The notes: generated from the sequence alone by a model not told the origin. 64,000 bases of DNA from Eledone cirrhosa (GCA_964016885.1 OZ024740.1:349804001-349868000); one strand, 5' to 3'; numbered from the stretch's first letter, positions 39,181 through 51,846 are shown. Translations and numbers: made by a program.

Positions 39181-39427
39181 TAATAGCGTAGCTGGTGTTG
39201 TGATTGTTGTTGGTGTTTTGGTAACGTGGTAGTGGTGGTGTTTTCATTGTGGTTGTCTCTATATGTTTGGTAAAAGTTGTGGTGGTAGTTGTGGTGGTGG
39301 TGGTGATATGGTTGTTAGTGTTTTGGTGCTAGTTCTGTGATGTGGTTGTGGATGTTGGTAGATTGTAGTACTGGTGGTAATGCTGTGATTGTTGGTGTAG
39401 CTTTTTTGCTAATAATGCTTTCAGATT

Positions 39428-39613
39428 CAGACACAAGGCCAACAATGTTGGAGGGTGGAGAAAGTCGATTAAATCGATCCCAGTGCATTACTGGTACTTT
39501 ATTTTATCGACCCCGTAAGGATGAAAAGCAAAGCTAACCTCGGCTGGATTTGAACTCAGAACACAAAGGGCCGAATGCTGTACAGCATGGTGCCTGACGT
39601 CCTACCGATTCTG
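39428..39613 (-). mobile_element. SINE S1-related long variant
   Basis: S1 core plus the GTCGATTAAATCGA segment. Confidence 0.8.
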
Positions 39614-39699
39614 CAGTGGTAGTGGTGGCGTTATTGTGGTAATATTAATTGTGGTAGTGGTTGTGATGGAGTATTAATGTGTAAAGAGAATGTCTTGAT

Positions 39700-40325
39700 G
39701 TTGTTAAGCCGCTTGGCCCTGCCCGAGCAGATTCGGCATTTCGACCGTGACAATAACATCTTTTCAGATCCATATCCTACCTTATATAAAGACAGTACGA
39801 TGTTATTTGAGGGAGAAATAGTTGCTATTTCTAGCAGTTTGAGCAATCGTGTTGAGGCTCCCTCACTGAACTCTGAAAATCGGTAACAGTCACCGGGATT
39901 GCTGTTATTTATCCTAGGTTAGGCTTAATCGGGAAGACCTAAGAAAGATCAAGGGCATTCCAGCCGTGACCCTCATCTTTTTTTAGCTATTTAGAAACGC
40001 CTTATGCAATATGTCACTCCCCGTTTTATTTAAGACAATGGGGTGCGAATTGAGGGAACTTTACTGTTATTTTTAGCAGGTCAAACGAACACATAGATGA
40101 TTCTTCGTTGCTGTTTTGTTCATTTAGCCCTAGGTAAGCTCTGATAAACTAGTCCCATGATCAAAGGCATTCCAGCCGTAACTATCACGTGTTTTTCCTC
40201 TGTGTAGGGGACCCAGGACAACATTATCTAGCGTGCCCTTTAAAAACAGCGGAGTGCGATTTGAGGGAGATTAAGCTGCTATTTCTCAGCATGTTGAGCG
40301 ACCACATAGAGGCTTCCTCGCAGTT
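39700..40325 (+). repeat. Three diverged ~210-240 bp tandem units of repeat family R1
   Basis: Recurrent GATCAA.GGCATTCCAGCCGT.AC and TTGAGGGA....GCTATTTCTAGCAG..GAGCGACCACATAGAGGCT. Confidence 0.7.
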
Positions 40326-40575
40326 GTTTTGGATGATAGATATGGTAGTTGTGATGGTAGTGATAACGGTAGGGGTGATTTTTGTTGTTGTTTATTTGTC
40401 AAAGTAGAAAGTAGATAATGTTGTTGTTATTGTTGTTGGTGTTGTATTTGGTTAATAGTGGTGGTGGCGGTGGTGGTGGGTGGCAAGTATTATTATTTGA
40501 CGTCGTTCTAGATTATGGAAGAGGATCACGTTTGGTAGTTTGTATTAGTACTACTAGTACTTAGTTAGTAAGAAC

Positions 40576-40663
<88 letters not shown>

Positions 40664-41039
40664 TAGCTGCAGCTGCAGCTGTAGCAGCAGTAGTAGTAGT
40701 AGTAGTTGTAGTTGTAGTTGTTTTGTTATTGTTGCTGTTGCTCATATTAAAATACGTAGAAACCGATTTTTTTTCTTTTTCGCCACGCAAAGGATCTTCC
40801 GAAGATTTGGGAAGATAATGGTGGTGGTGGTGGTGGTGGTAGTGGTGGTGGTGGTGATGGTGACGCTGGTGGTGATGGTGATGGTGGTGGTGATGGTGGT
40901 GGCGGGGATGGTGATGGTTGTGGTGATAGTGGTGATGGTGGTGATGGTGGTGATGGTGGTGATGGTGGTAGTGGTGGTGGTGGTGGTGGTAATAATGGGG
41001 GTAGCAATATAGTGGTGATGTGCGGGATGATGTTAGTGA

Positions 41040-41580
41040 GTTGGTAGTGGTTGTAATGGTGGCTTTAGTGTTGGTGGGAGTAGCTGTAATGGTGGTGCTA
41101 GTGGTGGTGGGGGTGGTGGTGATACTGGTGGTGGTGGTGATGGTGATGTGGTGGTGGTGGTGGTGGTGATGAGTTGTTAGTGGCTGTAATGGTGGTGCTA
41201 GTGGTGGTGGAGGTGGTGGTGATGGTGGTGGTGGTGGTGATGAGTTGTTAGTGGCTGTAATGGTGGTGCTAGTGGTGGTGGAGGTGGTGGTGATGGTGGT
41301 GGTGGTGGTGATGAGTTGTTAGTGGCTGTAATGGTGGTGCTAGTGGTGGTGGAGGTGGTGCTGATGGTGGTGGTGATACTGGTGGTGGTGGTGATGGTGA
41401 TGTGGTGGTGGTGATGGTGATGAGTTGTTAGTGGCTGTAATGGTGGTGCTATTGGTAGTGGGGGGTGGTGGTGGTGGTGTTATTGGTAGTGGAGGGTGGT
41501 GGTGGTGATAGAGGTGGTGGTGGGGATGATATGGTGGTGGTGTTGGTGAGTTGTTAGTGGCTGTAATGGTGGTGTTATTG
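41040..41580. repeat. ~70 bp GGT-rich minisatellite
   Basis: Recurrent GAGTTGTTAGTGGCTGTAATGGTGGTGCTAGTGG. Confidence 0.85.
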
Positions 41581-41604
41581 GTAGTGGAGGGTGGTGGTGG
41601 TGGT

Positions 41605-42195
41605 GGTGGTAGAGGTAGTGGTGGTAGAGGTAGTGGTGGTAGAGGTAGTGGTGGTAGAGGTAGTGGTGGTAGAGGTAGTGGTGGTAGAGGTAGTGGTGGT
41701 AGAGGTAGTGGTGGTAGAGGTAGTGGTGGTAGTGGTAGTGGTGGTAGAGGTAGTGGTGGTAGAGGTAGTGGTGGTAGAGGTGGTGGTGGTAGAGGTAGTG
41801 GTGGTAGAGGTAGTGGTGGTAGAGGTAGTGGTGGTAGAGGTAGTGGTGGTAGAGGTAGTGGTGGTAGAGGTAGTGGTGGTAGAGGTAGTGGTGGTAGAGG
41901 TAGTGGTGGTAGTGGTAGTGGTGGTAGAGGTAGTGGTGGTAGAGGTAGTGGTGGTAGAGGTAGTGGTGGTAGAGGTAGTGGTGGTAGTGGTAGTGGTGGT
42001 AGAGGTAGTGGTGGTAGAGGTAGTGGTGGTAGAGGTAGTGGTGGTAGAGGTAGTGGTGGTAGAGGTAGTGGTGGTAGAGGTAGTGGTGGTAGAGGTAGTG
42101 GTGGTAGAGGTAGTGGTGGTAGAGGTAGTGGTGGTAGAGGTAGTGGTGGTAGAGGTAGTGGTGGTAGAGGTAGTGGTGGTAGAGGTAGTGGTGGT
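41605..42195. repeat. 15-bp minisatellite (AGAGGTAGTGGTGGT)x~39
   Basis: Near-perfect array; gives the GGRGS/VEVVV/HHYLY/TTTTS pseudo-ORFs. Confidence 0.97.
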
Positions 42196-42267
42196 GGTGA
42201 TATTGTTGGTACAAAGAGTTAGCAAGCGGGTGGAGGTGGATTGGCAGAAGTAGTATCAGTAAAAGCA

Positions 42268-44105
42268 GTAGTAGTTGTTTTGAGGTGGAAGTGGTGGTGG
42301 TAGTGGGGTAGTAGTTGTTTTGAGGTGGAAGTGGTGGGATTGTTGTTGGTGGTGGTGGGGTAGTAGTTGTTTTGAGGTGGAGGTGGTGGGATTGTTGTTG
42401 GTGGTGGTGGGGTAGTAGTTGTTTTGAGGTGGAAGTGGTGGTGGTGGTGGGGTAGTAGTTGTTTTGAGGTGGAAGTGGTGGTGGTAGTGGGGTAGTAGTT
42501 GTTTTGAGGTGGAAGTGGTGGGATTGTTGTTGGTGGTGGTGGGGTAGTAGTTGTTTTGAGGTGGAAGTGGTGGTGGTGGTGGGGTAGTAGTTGTTTTGAG
42601 GTGGAAGTGGTGGGATTGTTGTTGGTGGTGGTGGGGTAGTAGTTGTTTTGAGGTGGAAGTGGTGGTGGTAGTGGGGTAGTAGTTGTTTTGAGGTGGAAGT
42701 GGTGGTGGTAGTGGGGTAGTAGTTGTTTTGAGGTGGAAGTGGTGGTGGTAGTGGGGTAGTAGTTGTTTTGAGGTGGAAGTGGTGGTGGTAGTGGGGTAGT
42801 AGTTGTTTTGAGGTGGAAGTGGTGGGATTGTTGTTGGTGGTGGTGGGGTAGTAGTTGTTTTGAGGTGGAGGTGGTGGGATTGTTGTTGGTGGTGGTGGGG
42901 TAGTAGTTGTTTTGAGGTGGAAGTGGTGGTGGTGGTGGGGTAGTAGTTGTTTTGAGGTGGAAGTGGTGGGATTGTTGTTGGTGGTGGTGGGGTAGTAGTT
43001 GTTTTGAGGTGGAAGTGGTGGTGGTAGTGGGGTAGTAGTTGTTTTGAGGTGGAAGTGGTGGTGGTAGTGGGGTAGTAGTTGTTTTGAGGTGGAAGTGGTG
43101 GTGGTAGTGGGGTAGTAGTTGTTTTGAGGTGGAAGTGGTGGTGGTAGTGGGGTAGTAGTTGTTTTGAGGTGGAAGTGGTGGTGGTAGTGGGGTAGTAGTT
43201 GTTTTGAGGTGGAAGTGGTGGTGGTGGTAGTGGGGTAGTAGTTGTTTTGAGGTGGAAGTGGTGGTGGTAGTGGGGTAGTAGTTGTTTTGAGGTGGAAGTG
43301 GTGGTGGTAGTGGGGTAGTAGTTGTTTTGAGGTGGAAGTGGTGGTGGTGGTAGTGGGGTAGTAGTTGTTTTGAGGTGGAAGTGGTGGTGGTAGTGGGGTA
43401 GTAGTTGTTTTGAGGTGGAAGTGGTGGTGGTAGTGGGGTAGTAGTTGTTTTGAGGTGGAAGTGGTGGGATTGTTGTTGGTGGTGGTGGGGTAGTAGTTGT
43501 TTTGAGGTGGAGGTGGTGGGATTGTTGTTGGTGGTGGTGGGGTAGTAGTTGTTTTGAGGTGGAAGTGGTGGTGGTGGTGGGGTAGTAGTTGTTTTGAGGT
43601 GGAAGGAGTGGTGGTGGTGGGGTAGTAGTTGTTTTGAGGTGGAAGTGGTGGTGGTGGTGGGGTAGTAGTTGTTTTGAGGTGGAAGTGGTGGTGGTAGTGG
43701 GGTAGTAGTTGTTTTGAGGTGGAAGTGGTGGTGGTAGTGGGGTAGTAGTTGTTTTGAGGTGGAAGTGGTGGTGGTAGTGGGGTAGTAGTTGTTTTGAGGT
43801 GGAAGTGGTGGTGGTAGTGGGGTAGTAGTTGTTTTGAGGTGGAAGTGGTGGTGGTAGTGGGGTAGTAGTTGTTTTGAGGTGGAAGTGGTGGTGGTGGTAG
43901 TGGGGTAGTAGTTGTTTTGAGGTGGAAGTGGTGGTGGTGGTAGTGGGGTAGTAGTTGTTTTGAGGTGGAAGTGGTGGTGGTAGTGGGGTAGTAGTTGTTT
44001 TGAGGTGGAAGTGGTGGTGGTAGTGGGGTAGTAGTTGTTTTGAGGTGGAAGGAGTGGTGGTGGTGGGGTAGTAGTTGTTTTGAGGTGGAAGGAGTGGTGG
44101 TGGTG
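42268..44105. repeat. 40-bp minisatellite with 52-bp variant units (~43 units)
   Basis: Unit GTAGTAGTTGTTTTGAGGTGGAAGTGGTGGTGGTAGTGGG. Confidence 0.97.
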
Positions 44106-45124
44106 GTGGTGGTAGTCGTGTTGAGCTGGAAAAAGTGTTGGTAGTGTTGGTGGGGTGGTACTTAATAGTAAGAGCGAGTTAATGGGGGTCGTAGAAATAG
44201 AAGCTGTATTAGCTGTAGTAGTGGTAATGGTAATAGTAGTAGTAGTGGTATTGGTAGTAGTATTAATGGTAGTGGTAGTAGTAGTATTAGTGGTAGTGGT
44301 AGTAGTAAGTACAGTAGGAAGCAGCAGTACTAGGAATGGGTAGTTATTTTAGTACCGTTTGTTGCTGGTGTGGTCGTGTGTTGTTTAGCCCAAGGACAGA
44401 ACCATGATCGAGCAAACATATGATCAAACACATTCCGTCCGTGACCAACTCATCGTTTTCCTATACATAGGAAATCCAGGATCACATTATCCACTGTGTC
44501 CTTTTTCTTTTTAAGATGGCAGAATGAGAATTGAGGGAAATTTGACTGCTATTTCTAGCTGGTCACTCGATTGGTAGTGGCTGCCTGGTGGTGTCACAAG
44601 CTTTTGAGGTATTAGTAGTGTTGATGGTGTGGTGGCTAACGAAGCTTGGTTTTGTTAATGGTCGGGTTGTGGTGGTTATAGCGGTGGGAGTGGTGGTGTG
44701 GATGGGTTTTGCTGGTGGTGGTGGCGGTGGCGATAGCTGGTTGATATGGGCTGAGGTAATTAAAATAGATATGTACTGAATGGAAAGGTGTTAATAGTAG
44801 TTGTGGTGTCGGCGGCGGCGGTAGCAGCAGCAGCAGCAGTAGCAGTAGCAGGAGCAGCATTAGTAGTAGTAGTAATAGTGGTGGTGGTGGATTGTAAATA
44901 ATAGCAACGGCCATAAATTAGCTGTGAAATGATTGCAAATGTATTAATGCTTGTGGTGGAGGTGGTGTAGGTGACGGTAATAGTAATAGTAGTAGTAGCT
45001 ATTATTGTTGTTGTGATAGTTATTGTAGCTATTAGTTAAATGTATGGTTGGTGGGGTGTACAGTGACAGAACGTGCCGTTTCTGTAGTAATGTTGTAGAG
45101 ACATGGAGTGTGTGTGTATGTGTG

Positions 45125-45270
<146 letters not shown>

Positions 45271-45419
45271 CTGAAATAAAGGAGGTGTAAAAAGAGAAAA
45301 AGATGAAGAGAGAGAGATAGTCAAACACACGCGTACAGAGAGATATACATAGATATACACATGCATAACTTACCCATACATAAACATGTATATATATATT
45401 TATATATATAATATATATA

Positions 45420-45725
45420 GTTACTTGAACGTAAGTCATTTCGTATTAAGAAAGAATGAGACCTCGATATGTAAACATAGAAGTAATTTCTGTATTTTGA
45501 TACATGGTATTAGATAGACATTCAAGAAACTAGCAGTTTCATGGTCTTTGACGACACAGACCCGTATTCTCCATTACCAGAATGTGTATGTCGTTATTAA
45601 TCTTCAACCATTAATGATGAGAGGCCGTACTTATAAAATCTACTAAGGGAGAATATGCAACTTTCTCAACAAAAACCATAAAACTGGTAGTTTCTTGAAT
45701 GTCCAGTAAAATCAATTTATTGGTA
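45420..45725. mobile_element. Family F: element with decayed inverted arms bearing hammerhead 3' half
   Basis: 45517-45550 GACATTCAAGAAACTAGCAGTTTCATGGT is inverted to 45670-45703 ACCATAAAACTGGTAGTTTCTTGAATGTC. Microsatellite-flanked. Confidence 0.5.
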
Positions 45726-45956
45726 TACATGTATGTGTGTATGTGTGTGTGTGTGTGTTGTGTGACGCTCGTCTAATAACATAATACTCTGTATTTTCTC
45801 AACAGGGAAATCTTACCTATTTTTCCCGCCCAATGAACCGATCCTACTCCATAATAATAATAAGCTGTTTAGGTATAAGCTCAAATAATAAAATACTGCA
45901 CTCCATTAAGCTATCGAGTACTTTTTCTTCTGTTCGCCAAAACCGTAATATGTATG

Positions 45957-45991
<35 letters not shown>

Positions 45992-46326
45992 GAATAATCG
46001 AGTATCGAAAAATCGGCGCACGAGTTCACGATAAACAAAATTCGAAATGAGCGGCAGAGGGCTCAATAATTCAGATAAATCAGAGCTATAACTATCGTTA
46101 AAATACCGACACACATAGAACATGTCTAAAATCAACCATACGACCGAAAAATTACGATCTGGAAGATTCGGGACACTCAGATAAAATATCAATAAATCAA
46201 TAAATCAAATGAATGTAAAAAGCATACCCGGACCCGCTAGAAAGATGGTAAATCTAGCTTCTTGGGTTTCTGTAAATCCTTAAACCGCCCTCTATCAGCC
46301 CACATAAAAATATATATACATATATA

Positions 46327-46402
46327 TTGGGTCGTCAAGTATGAAATTTGTAGAAATTTTTTTTTTCTAGAAATTTTTACAAAGTTGATACTTGACGACC
46401 CA

Positions 46403-46403
<1 letters not shown>
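46327..46403. mobile_element. 77-bp mariner-type MITE (essentially two TIRs) in (TA)n
   Basis: TA|TTGGGTCGTCAAGTATGAAATTTGTA...TACAAAGTTGATACTTGACGACCCAA|TA. Confidence 0.75.
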
Positions 46404-46464
<61 letters not shown>

Positions 46465-46471
<7 letters not shown>

Positions 46472-46786
46472 GGGAAGTGAGGTTCTATACAAAACAGTGG
46501 GTATAGAGAAAAGATGAAGTTGGAAATAGCACGGGAGATATGTTTAAGGGTCTGTTTTTCTTTTTTGATTCGTCAAAGTGACATTATTGAAAAGATAGTG
46601 TTATAAAAAAGATAATGTTATTAAAAAAAAGAGAGGGACAATTCTTTTTTAAAAATCTTTTTATGAAGTATATAAAGTGTATGAGAAAATACCGGTTTCA
46701 ATGTATTAAGACCCATCTTGTCAAATTCAGTGAAAAAAGTTAATTAAAAAGGGAGTAAAAAAAGGTTTAAAATTAAAATCAAAAAC

Positions 46787-46833
<47 letters not shown>

Positions 46834-47225
46834 TACATATTGCGATATAGGTATTGTTTGCCTAATTAATCTATATTTTTTCGGGGTTCTGTATAATAAC
46901 AACGTGTTATCGGTTAATGTTGTCCTACCAAGTTCAACTGTGCTGAAAATGGTGTAGTGTGTTGCAATTGCTCCGTGTTCAAAATGGATGGTAAGCCTCC
47001 GTGAGAGTGTATTCGTTTGGTCAATGTAACTATTGATTTCAGCAACTTCACAAATATCATTTTTTGCAGTCGAATTTGTAGACCCCATTGGTTTATTGGT
47101 AGCTTGTTCTCGGCTTTGGATGCTTGAGGTTTTTTGTTAATAAAGAGGTTTTCGATTTTTTAGATTTTGTAGTATATTATTCTCTTAAATTATGGGTTGC
47201 TGTGATGCCTTTTGTGTTATGTGTT
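46465..47225 (-). mobile_element. Degenerate Penelope-like GIY-YIG fragment with 3' UTR
   Basis: CEVAEINSYIDQTNTLSRRLTIHFEHGAIATHY (YIG.T..LSRRL..H). Decayed hammerhead UUGACAA-GAUG..CAUU-GAAACCGGUA at ~46690-46735. Confidence 0.6.
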
Positions 47226-47239
47226 ACATGGAGACAGTG

Positions 47240-48105
47240 ATTGATTATACAGGCAACTATAAAATGTCAGTAGTAAAATTCTTACTGAGGAGGGCATTCA
47301 GATTCTCCTCCACATACTCAATTCTAGATGAAGAAATCCATAGAATCAAGCTAACGTAAAAAAAAAAGAAAATCCGGATAATCGAAAAGATGAGTAGACA
47401 AAGTCATGAATTTAGACAGAAATAAAATGCTACCCATATTTCAGACAAACTACCACATAAAGTTTATTATATATATCAACACAGACGAACACATAATTAA
47501 AAACCTCATAAATCGTAACGCAAAATGCATCATACCAAACCACATATTAAAAAATAAATTTAAAAAAAATGAATAAATAAAAATAAATAAAATAAAATAA
47601 AATAAAATAAAATAAAATAAAATAAAATAAAATAAAATAAAATAAAATAAAATAAAATAAAATAAAATAAAATAAAATAAAATGAAAAAAAATGAAAAAA
47701 ACCCCCCTCGGTACTAACAACAAATCGCAAGAATTCAAATACGAGAATAAGTTACAAATGACCAAATGCTCACGTAGAAATAAAGAAATATGTCAACTGA
47801 ATGAATCGTACAATACAGAAATTATCGTTGATGATACTGGTTAGATCGACAATCCAGACATTAGCACCAGCTTTATACACTATTTTAGCATAGGCGTTGA
47901 AGAAAGGATTTTATAACTACACTTCCTACTTTGAATACTTGAAGAAATACAACATAATAGATCAACATGTTTTCTCTTGTCTTTAAAAGAGAAATCTGCA
48001 GATTACAACATCAACTAGAAGATTATTGAGAAATGTAGGCTTTATGTAAACAAAAGTTGGAGATGTGGCTTCTGCACTGAAAAGAAGAATTTAATTCTGA
48101 GAAGT
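47240..48105 (+). mobile_element. Degenerate Penelope-like RT-thumb and GIY-YIG fragments
   Basis: YKMSVVKFLLRRAFRFSSTYSILDEEIHRIK (47250-47350); ERIYNYTSYFEY..LKEKSADYNIN*KIIEKC..WRCGFCTEKKNLIL (47900-48100). Interrupted by (AAAAT)n at 47575-47682. Confidence 0.6.
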
Positions 48106-48439
48106 AAACCTCACTGGCCCCAGGTGTTTATATAAATGTCAAAATATATGTATATACACACATACACCATCTCACACCCACACGCATGCGTACAGATACA
48201 CAGACGCAGGCACATACAGATAGAAATACGGAAATATAAACGGAAAAAATGAAACGAAATTTCATTTCTCACTCTTAGTACGGCTGTTACTTAATAAATA
48301 TATTATTGATAAAATTCATGAGTTTAGATATTTAGACCACAAATCCATCTATCTATATTTAAATAAAAGTATATATATATATAAGTATATATCTATATCT
48401 ATATCTACCTCTCTATCTCTCTATCCCCTCCCCTCTCTA

Positions 48440-48914
48440 GGTTTTCCTTTGTGTGATAGCTATGGCGAAAGAAGTTGTATGGTGGACAAGGTTGAAAGGG
48501 CTGAGGTCAGACACCTTTCTCTCCGGCCAACAACTGATTCTTTTTTTTAAATACCACTTTGGAAGAAGAATCAGGATGGAGAGAGAGGTGCTGTACCCCA
48601 GCAAGTTTTATGAAAGGTGGGTGAAAGTGGCGAGAATGGCCCGAGTGAATGGGCCTTCTCTCTATATCAGCCTGTAGGTTGAGGAAAAGGAGGAGGAGAG
48701 GAAAGGAGTACAAACTCTCCGTACTCCTGGAGATGAGGGTTGCACATTTTTTCGGGGGTATGTGTTACCCATATGAACTGTCTCCCCCTATTGGGGAAAA
48801 TCGACTAATTTTTTAAATTGCATTTGTGATAACATTTTACACGTTTTTATTGTATGTAAACTTCCCCCTTTGTATTTGTCCCCTTCTTTTGTGCCCCTGA
48901 GGCTAATAAAGAAA
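48440..48914 (+). mobile_element. 5'-truncated Tx1/L1 LINE related to 4459-9900
   Basis: IAMAKEVVWWTRLKGL..FFKYHFGRRIRMEREVL..ERWVKVARMARVNGPSLYISL, homologous to the ORF2 C-terminus. 3' UTR with CTCCCCCTATTGGGGA and AATAAAGAAA. Confidence 0.9.
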
Positions 48915-48929
48915 TATATCTATATGTAA

Positions 48930-48966
<37 letters not shown>

Positions 48967-49147
48967 CATATAGATAGATAGATACACTCACATACACACA
49001 CATACTCAGATACACACAGATAACGAGACAAATAAATCGCCTTATTTACGTATATATATTTTGTGCTGATGTCAAATTCGATAAGAATTTATTTTGATTT
49101 ATATTAGATTTCATAAGTACATATACATATTTAAACACGCGCATATA

Positions 49148-49180
<33 letters not shown>

Positions 49181-49214
49181 TGTATGTATGTATGTATGTA
49201 TGTATGTATGTATG

Positions 49215-49243
<29 letters not shown>

Positions 49244-49246
<3 letters not shown>

Positions 49247-50745
49247 AAAGGTATTTACATCAATCATAAGAGACCTCTTGTATGCAGACGATTGCGATCT
49301 TGTAGCGCACACAGAGAGTGATATGCAGCACATTTTGAATGCATTTTCTGACGCTTGCACTGCCCTAGGATTGACTGTCAGTCTCAAGAAAACCGTCGTC
49401 ATGTATCAACCTGCCTCTGGTAAGCAGTACACTGAACCAAATATCTATGTGTATGGTAAACGACTTGGAGTGGTTGATCAGTTTGTCTACCTGGGAAGCA
49501 CTGTCAATCGATACAGCAACCTTGACAGTGAAATCTCACTTAGGATTAGGAAAGCAAGTGATGCTTTCGGAAAGCTAGAAAGGCGACTCTGGAGTCGGTG
49601 AGACATATGCAGGAGGACAAATGTAAAGGTGTACAAGGCATGTGTGCTCTCTTGTCTTCTTTATGACTGCGAAACCTGGGTCACATATCGACACCACCTT
49701 AAGCAATTGGAGCGTTTCCATCAGATGTGTCTCAGACGGATCCATGGCGTTCACTGGAGGGACCACATCAGTGATGTCGAGATTTTGGAAAGCTCTATGT
49801 GTGACAATATAGAAGCTCTTGTGCTTAAGCAAGGACTCCGTTGGAGTGGTCACCTTGCCATAATGAAGGATTCTAGAATACCAAAACAACTCTTTTATGG
49901 AGAGTTGGTTAAAGGAAAACGATCGCCACATAAACCAAAAAAGAGGTATAAGGATTCCTTGAAAGCCTCTTTGAAAGACGCTAACATCTCTGCTGATACA
50001 TGGGAAAATATTGCTGCTGATCGTAATAAATGGAGAAAGACTGTATATGAGGGAAAAGTTGCCTTTGAGGCATCTCGAATCGCATACGAGAAAGTAAAGC
50101 GGGATGTGAGGAAGGGCATTGCTGTTGCACTTCCAGACGACGAGGGTCCTCCTATGGTGCTGACATGCAGCGTCTGTGCGAGACTCTGCCTAAGCAAAGC
50201 TGGACTCGAAAGTCATAAAGTAAGACCAGTGGTTGACTACCAGCCTGCTGTTGGAGATGCTACTCATCATGCTTGCCAAACATGTGGTAGAGAATGTAAA
50301 TCAGCACGAGGGCTCAAGCGACATGCAAAAGTACATGAACTCCAACCACAGCCGGCTATTCCCAATGAATGTTTTGGTTGCCGACTCTGTGCAAGACATT
50401 TTAGATCATTGGCTGGGCTAAAAAGCCACATTCGATCGCAGCGCTGTTAGTTGCTATCGTGTGTGTGTGTGTGTGTATAGATATGTTTATGTGTGCGCGC
50501 GTGTGTGTATATATATATGTATATGTATATTATTATTGTTGTTATTATTATTATTATTGTTATTAATGTATATGTGTGTGTGTGTATATATATATGTGTG
50601 TATATATGTATATGTATGTGTGTATATATATATCTATATTTCTTTTTTTTTATTTTATTTTATTTTTTATTTATCTATTAATATATATATATATTTTTTT
50701 CTCCTCGTGCAATGGCCATACTCGATAACGAGAGGGCAGCCATCA
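49244..50745 (+). mobile_element. 5'-truncated RTE (BovB-like) LINE with C-terminal C2H2 zinc fingers, flanked by (ATGT)n
   Basis: [58 protein letters not shown]; CSVC, CQTC..H..H, CRLC..H. One in-frame TGA (49599-49601). 3' end TGGCCATACTCGATAACGAGAGGGCAGCCATC followed by (ATGT)n. Confidence 0.92.
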
Positions 50746-50834
50746 TGTATGTATGTATGTATGTATGTATGTATGTATGTATGTATGTATGTATGTATGT
50801 ATGTATGTATGTATGTGTGTGTGTGTGTATGTGT

Positions 50835-51085
50835 GTATTGCTCACTATAAAAGCTTCACGGCACAGGCATTGCTTTATATCTGGAGATCTCTCTGCACTT
50901 GTCGTCACATGGTACCATGGGCCCAGCACTATGTGTCAATAATTGTCACAGGTGTAGTGTTTGTACCAGAGTTTTCAAGTCACTGGCTGGACTAAAAAGT
51001 CACACTCGTTCAGCGCATCGGTAGGGGTTCTCCTACATGGATATAAAGTAGTGGCCGTACTCGAAAACGAGTTGGCAGCCGCCAT
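50835..51085 (+). mobile_element. Degenerate 3' end of a related RTE
   Basis: TCACTGGCTGGACTAAAAAGTCACACTCG..CAGCGC is homologous to 50406-50445. Tail TGGCCGTACTCGAAAACGAGTTGGCAGCC followed by (ATGT)n. Confidence 0.75.
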
Positions 51086-51167
51086 GTATGTATGTAAGCA
51101 TGTATGTATGTATGTATGTATGTATGTATGTATGTATGTATGTATGTATGTATGTATGTATGTATAT

Positions 51168-51665
51168 GTCGGGTCACTCTTGAGTGCTACTGGTAACATG
51201 TAACCCAGTACAACCCGTCGCATGGTCGGGTCGTCGGCGACTAAACCGGCAACCCCACCGAGTTTACTTGGTGAGGAGGGTGATTTTGAACACCCTGCAG
51301 GACAAAAAACAAATCCTGACAAAGGGCGGAAGAACTCATAAGAGTCAACGGCCAGTGAAGGACCCTGGAAGTGAAGGACCCCTAGCCTTTGTCAGGGCAT
51401 TCTTCTAGGAGAAGGCAACTCAGGAAACTGGGATAACTCCGATATAAAACCTGCGGCTCAGTAGTTACCGATGATGTTGATCTTTTCTTCTTTTCGGGTT
51501 ATAGCTAGTCGCTCAGAGAGTGGGATTGGCTCAGTGCACAGTCTTTCCTCACTTTAAAAAATATCTTCACGCACAGGAATTGCACGATAGAATTAATTAA
51601 TAATTATTAAGAATGGTATATCGTGCAATGGCCATACTTGATAACGAGGGGGCAGCCATCATCAT
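51168..51665 (+). mobile_element. Non-autonomous bipartite RTE derivative (5' UTR-like body + RTE 3' tail)
   Basis: Non-coding GC-richer body (GGCGACTAAACCGGCAACCCC, CTAGGAGAAGGCAACTC). Ends TCGTGCAATGGCCATACTTGATAACGAGGGGGCAGCCATCATCAT, nearly identical to 50705-50745. Confidence 0.65.
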
Positions 51666-51756
51666 TTATATATATATCAGATATTGAGTTCACCTGAACA
51701 CTTAGTCCTTTACAATTCGAACACATGTATGTTTATATTTGTGTTTATCTCTCTCG

Positions 51757-51846
51757 TATATTCAATTATATTACACGGCTCAGAAAAAACTTCTTTCTTG
51801 GAGCTATTTAATTGTAAAAGACTATTTTGAGTTTCTAACTCAATAT
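51757..51846. repeat. Inverted copy of 19996-20085 (short dispersed repeat)
   Basis: ATATTCAATTATATTACACGGCTC...GAGCTATTTAATTGTAAAAGACTATTTTGAGTTTCTAACTCAATAT. Confidence 0.8.

Noticed and set aside
38558-39247. Mucin-like T/P/H-rich ORF
   Set aside because: Unit lengths of 47/50 bp are not multiples of 3, so the peptide cycles through frames; non-coding minisatellite.
40747-41012. Proline-rich ORF ending WRKRKKIG
   Set aside because: Derived from a (CCA)n/(CAT)n repeat plus 70 bp of unique sequence; no splice or homology support.
41480-42253. GGRGS-repeat (RGG-like), His/Tyr-rich or Thr-rich protein
   Set aside because: A 15-bp minisatellite open in four frames, with no unique coding flanks or splice evidence.
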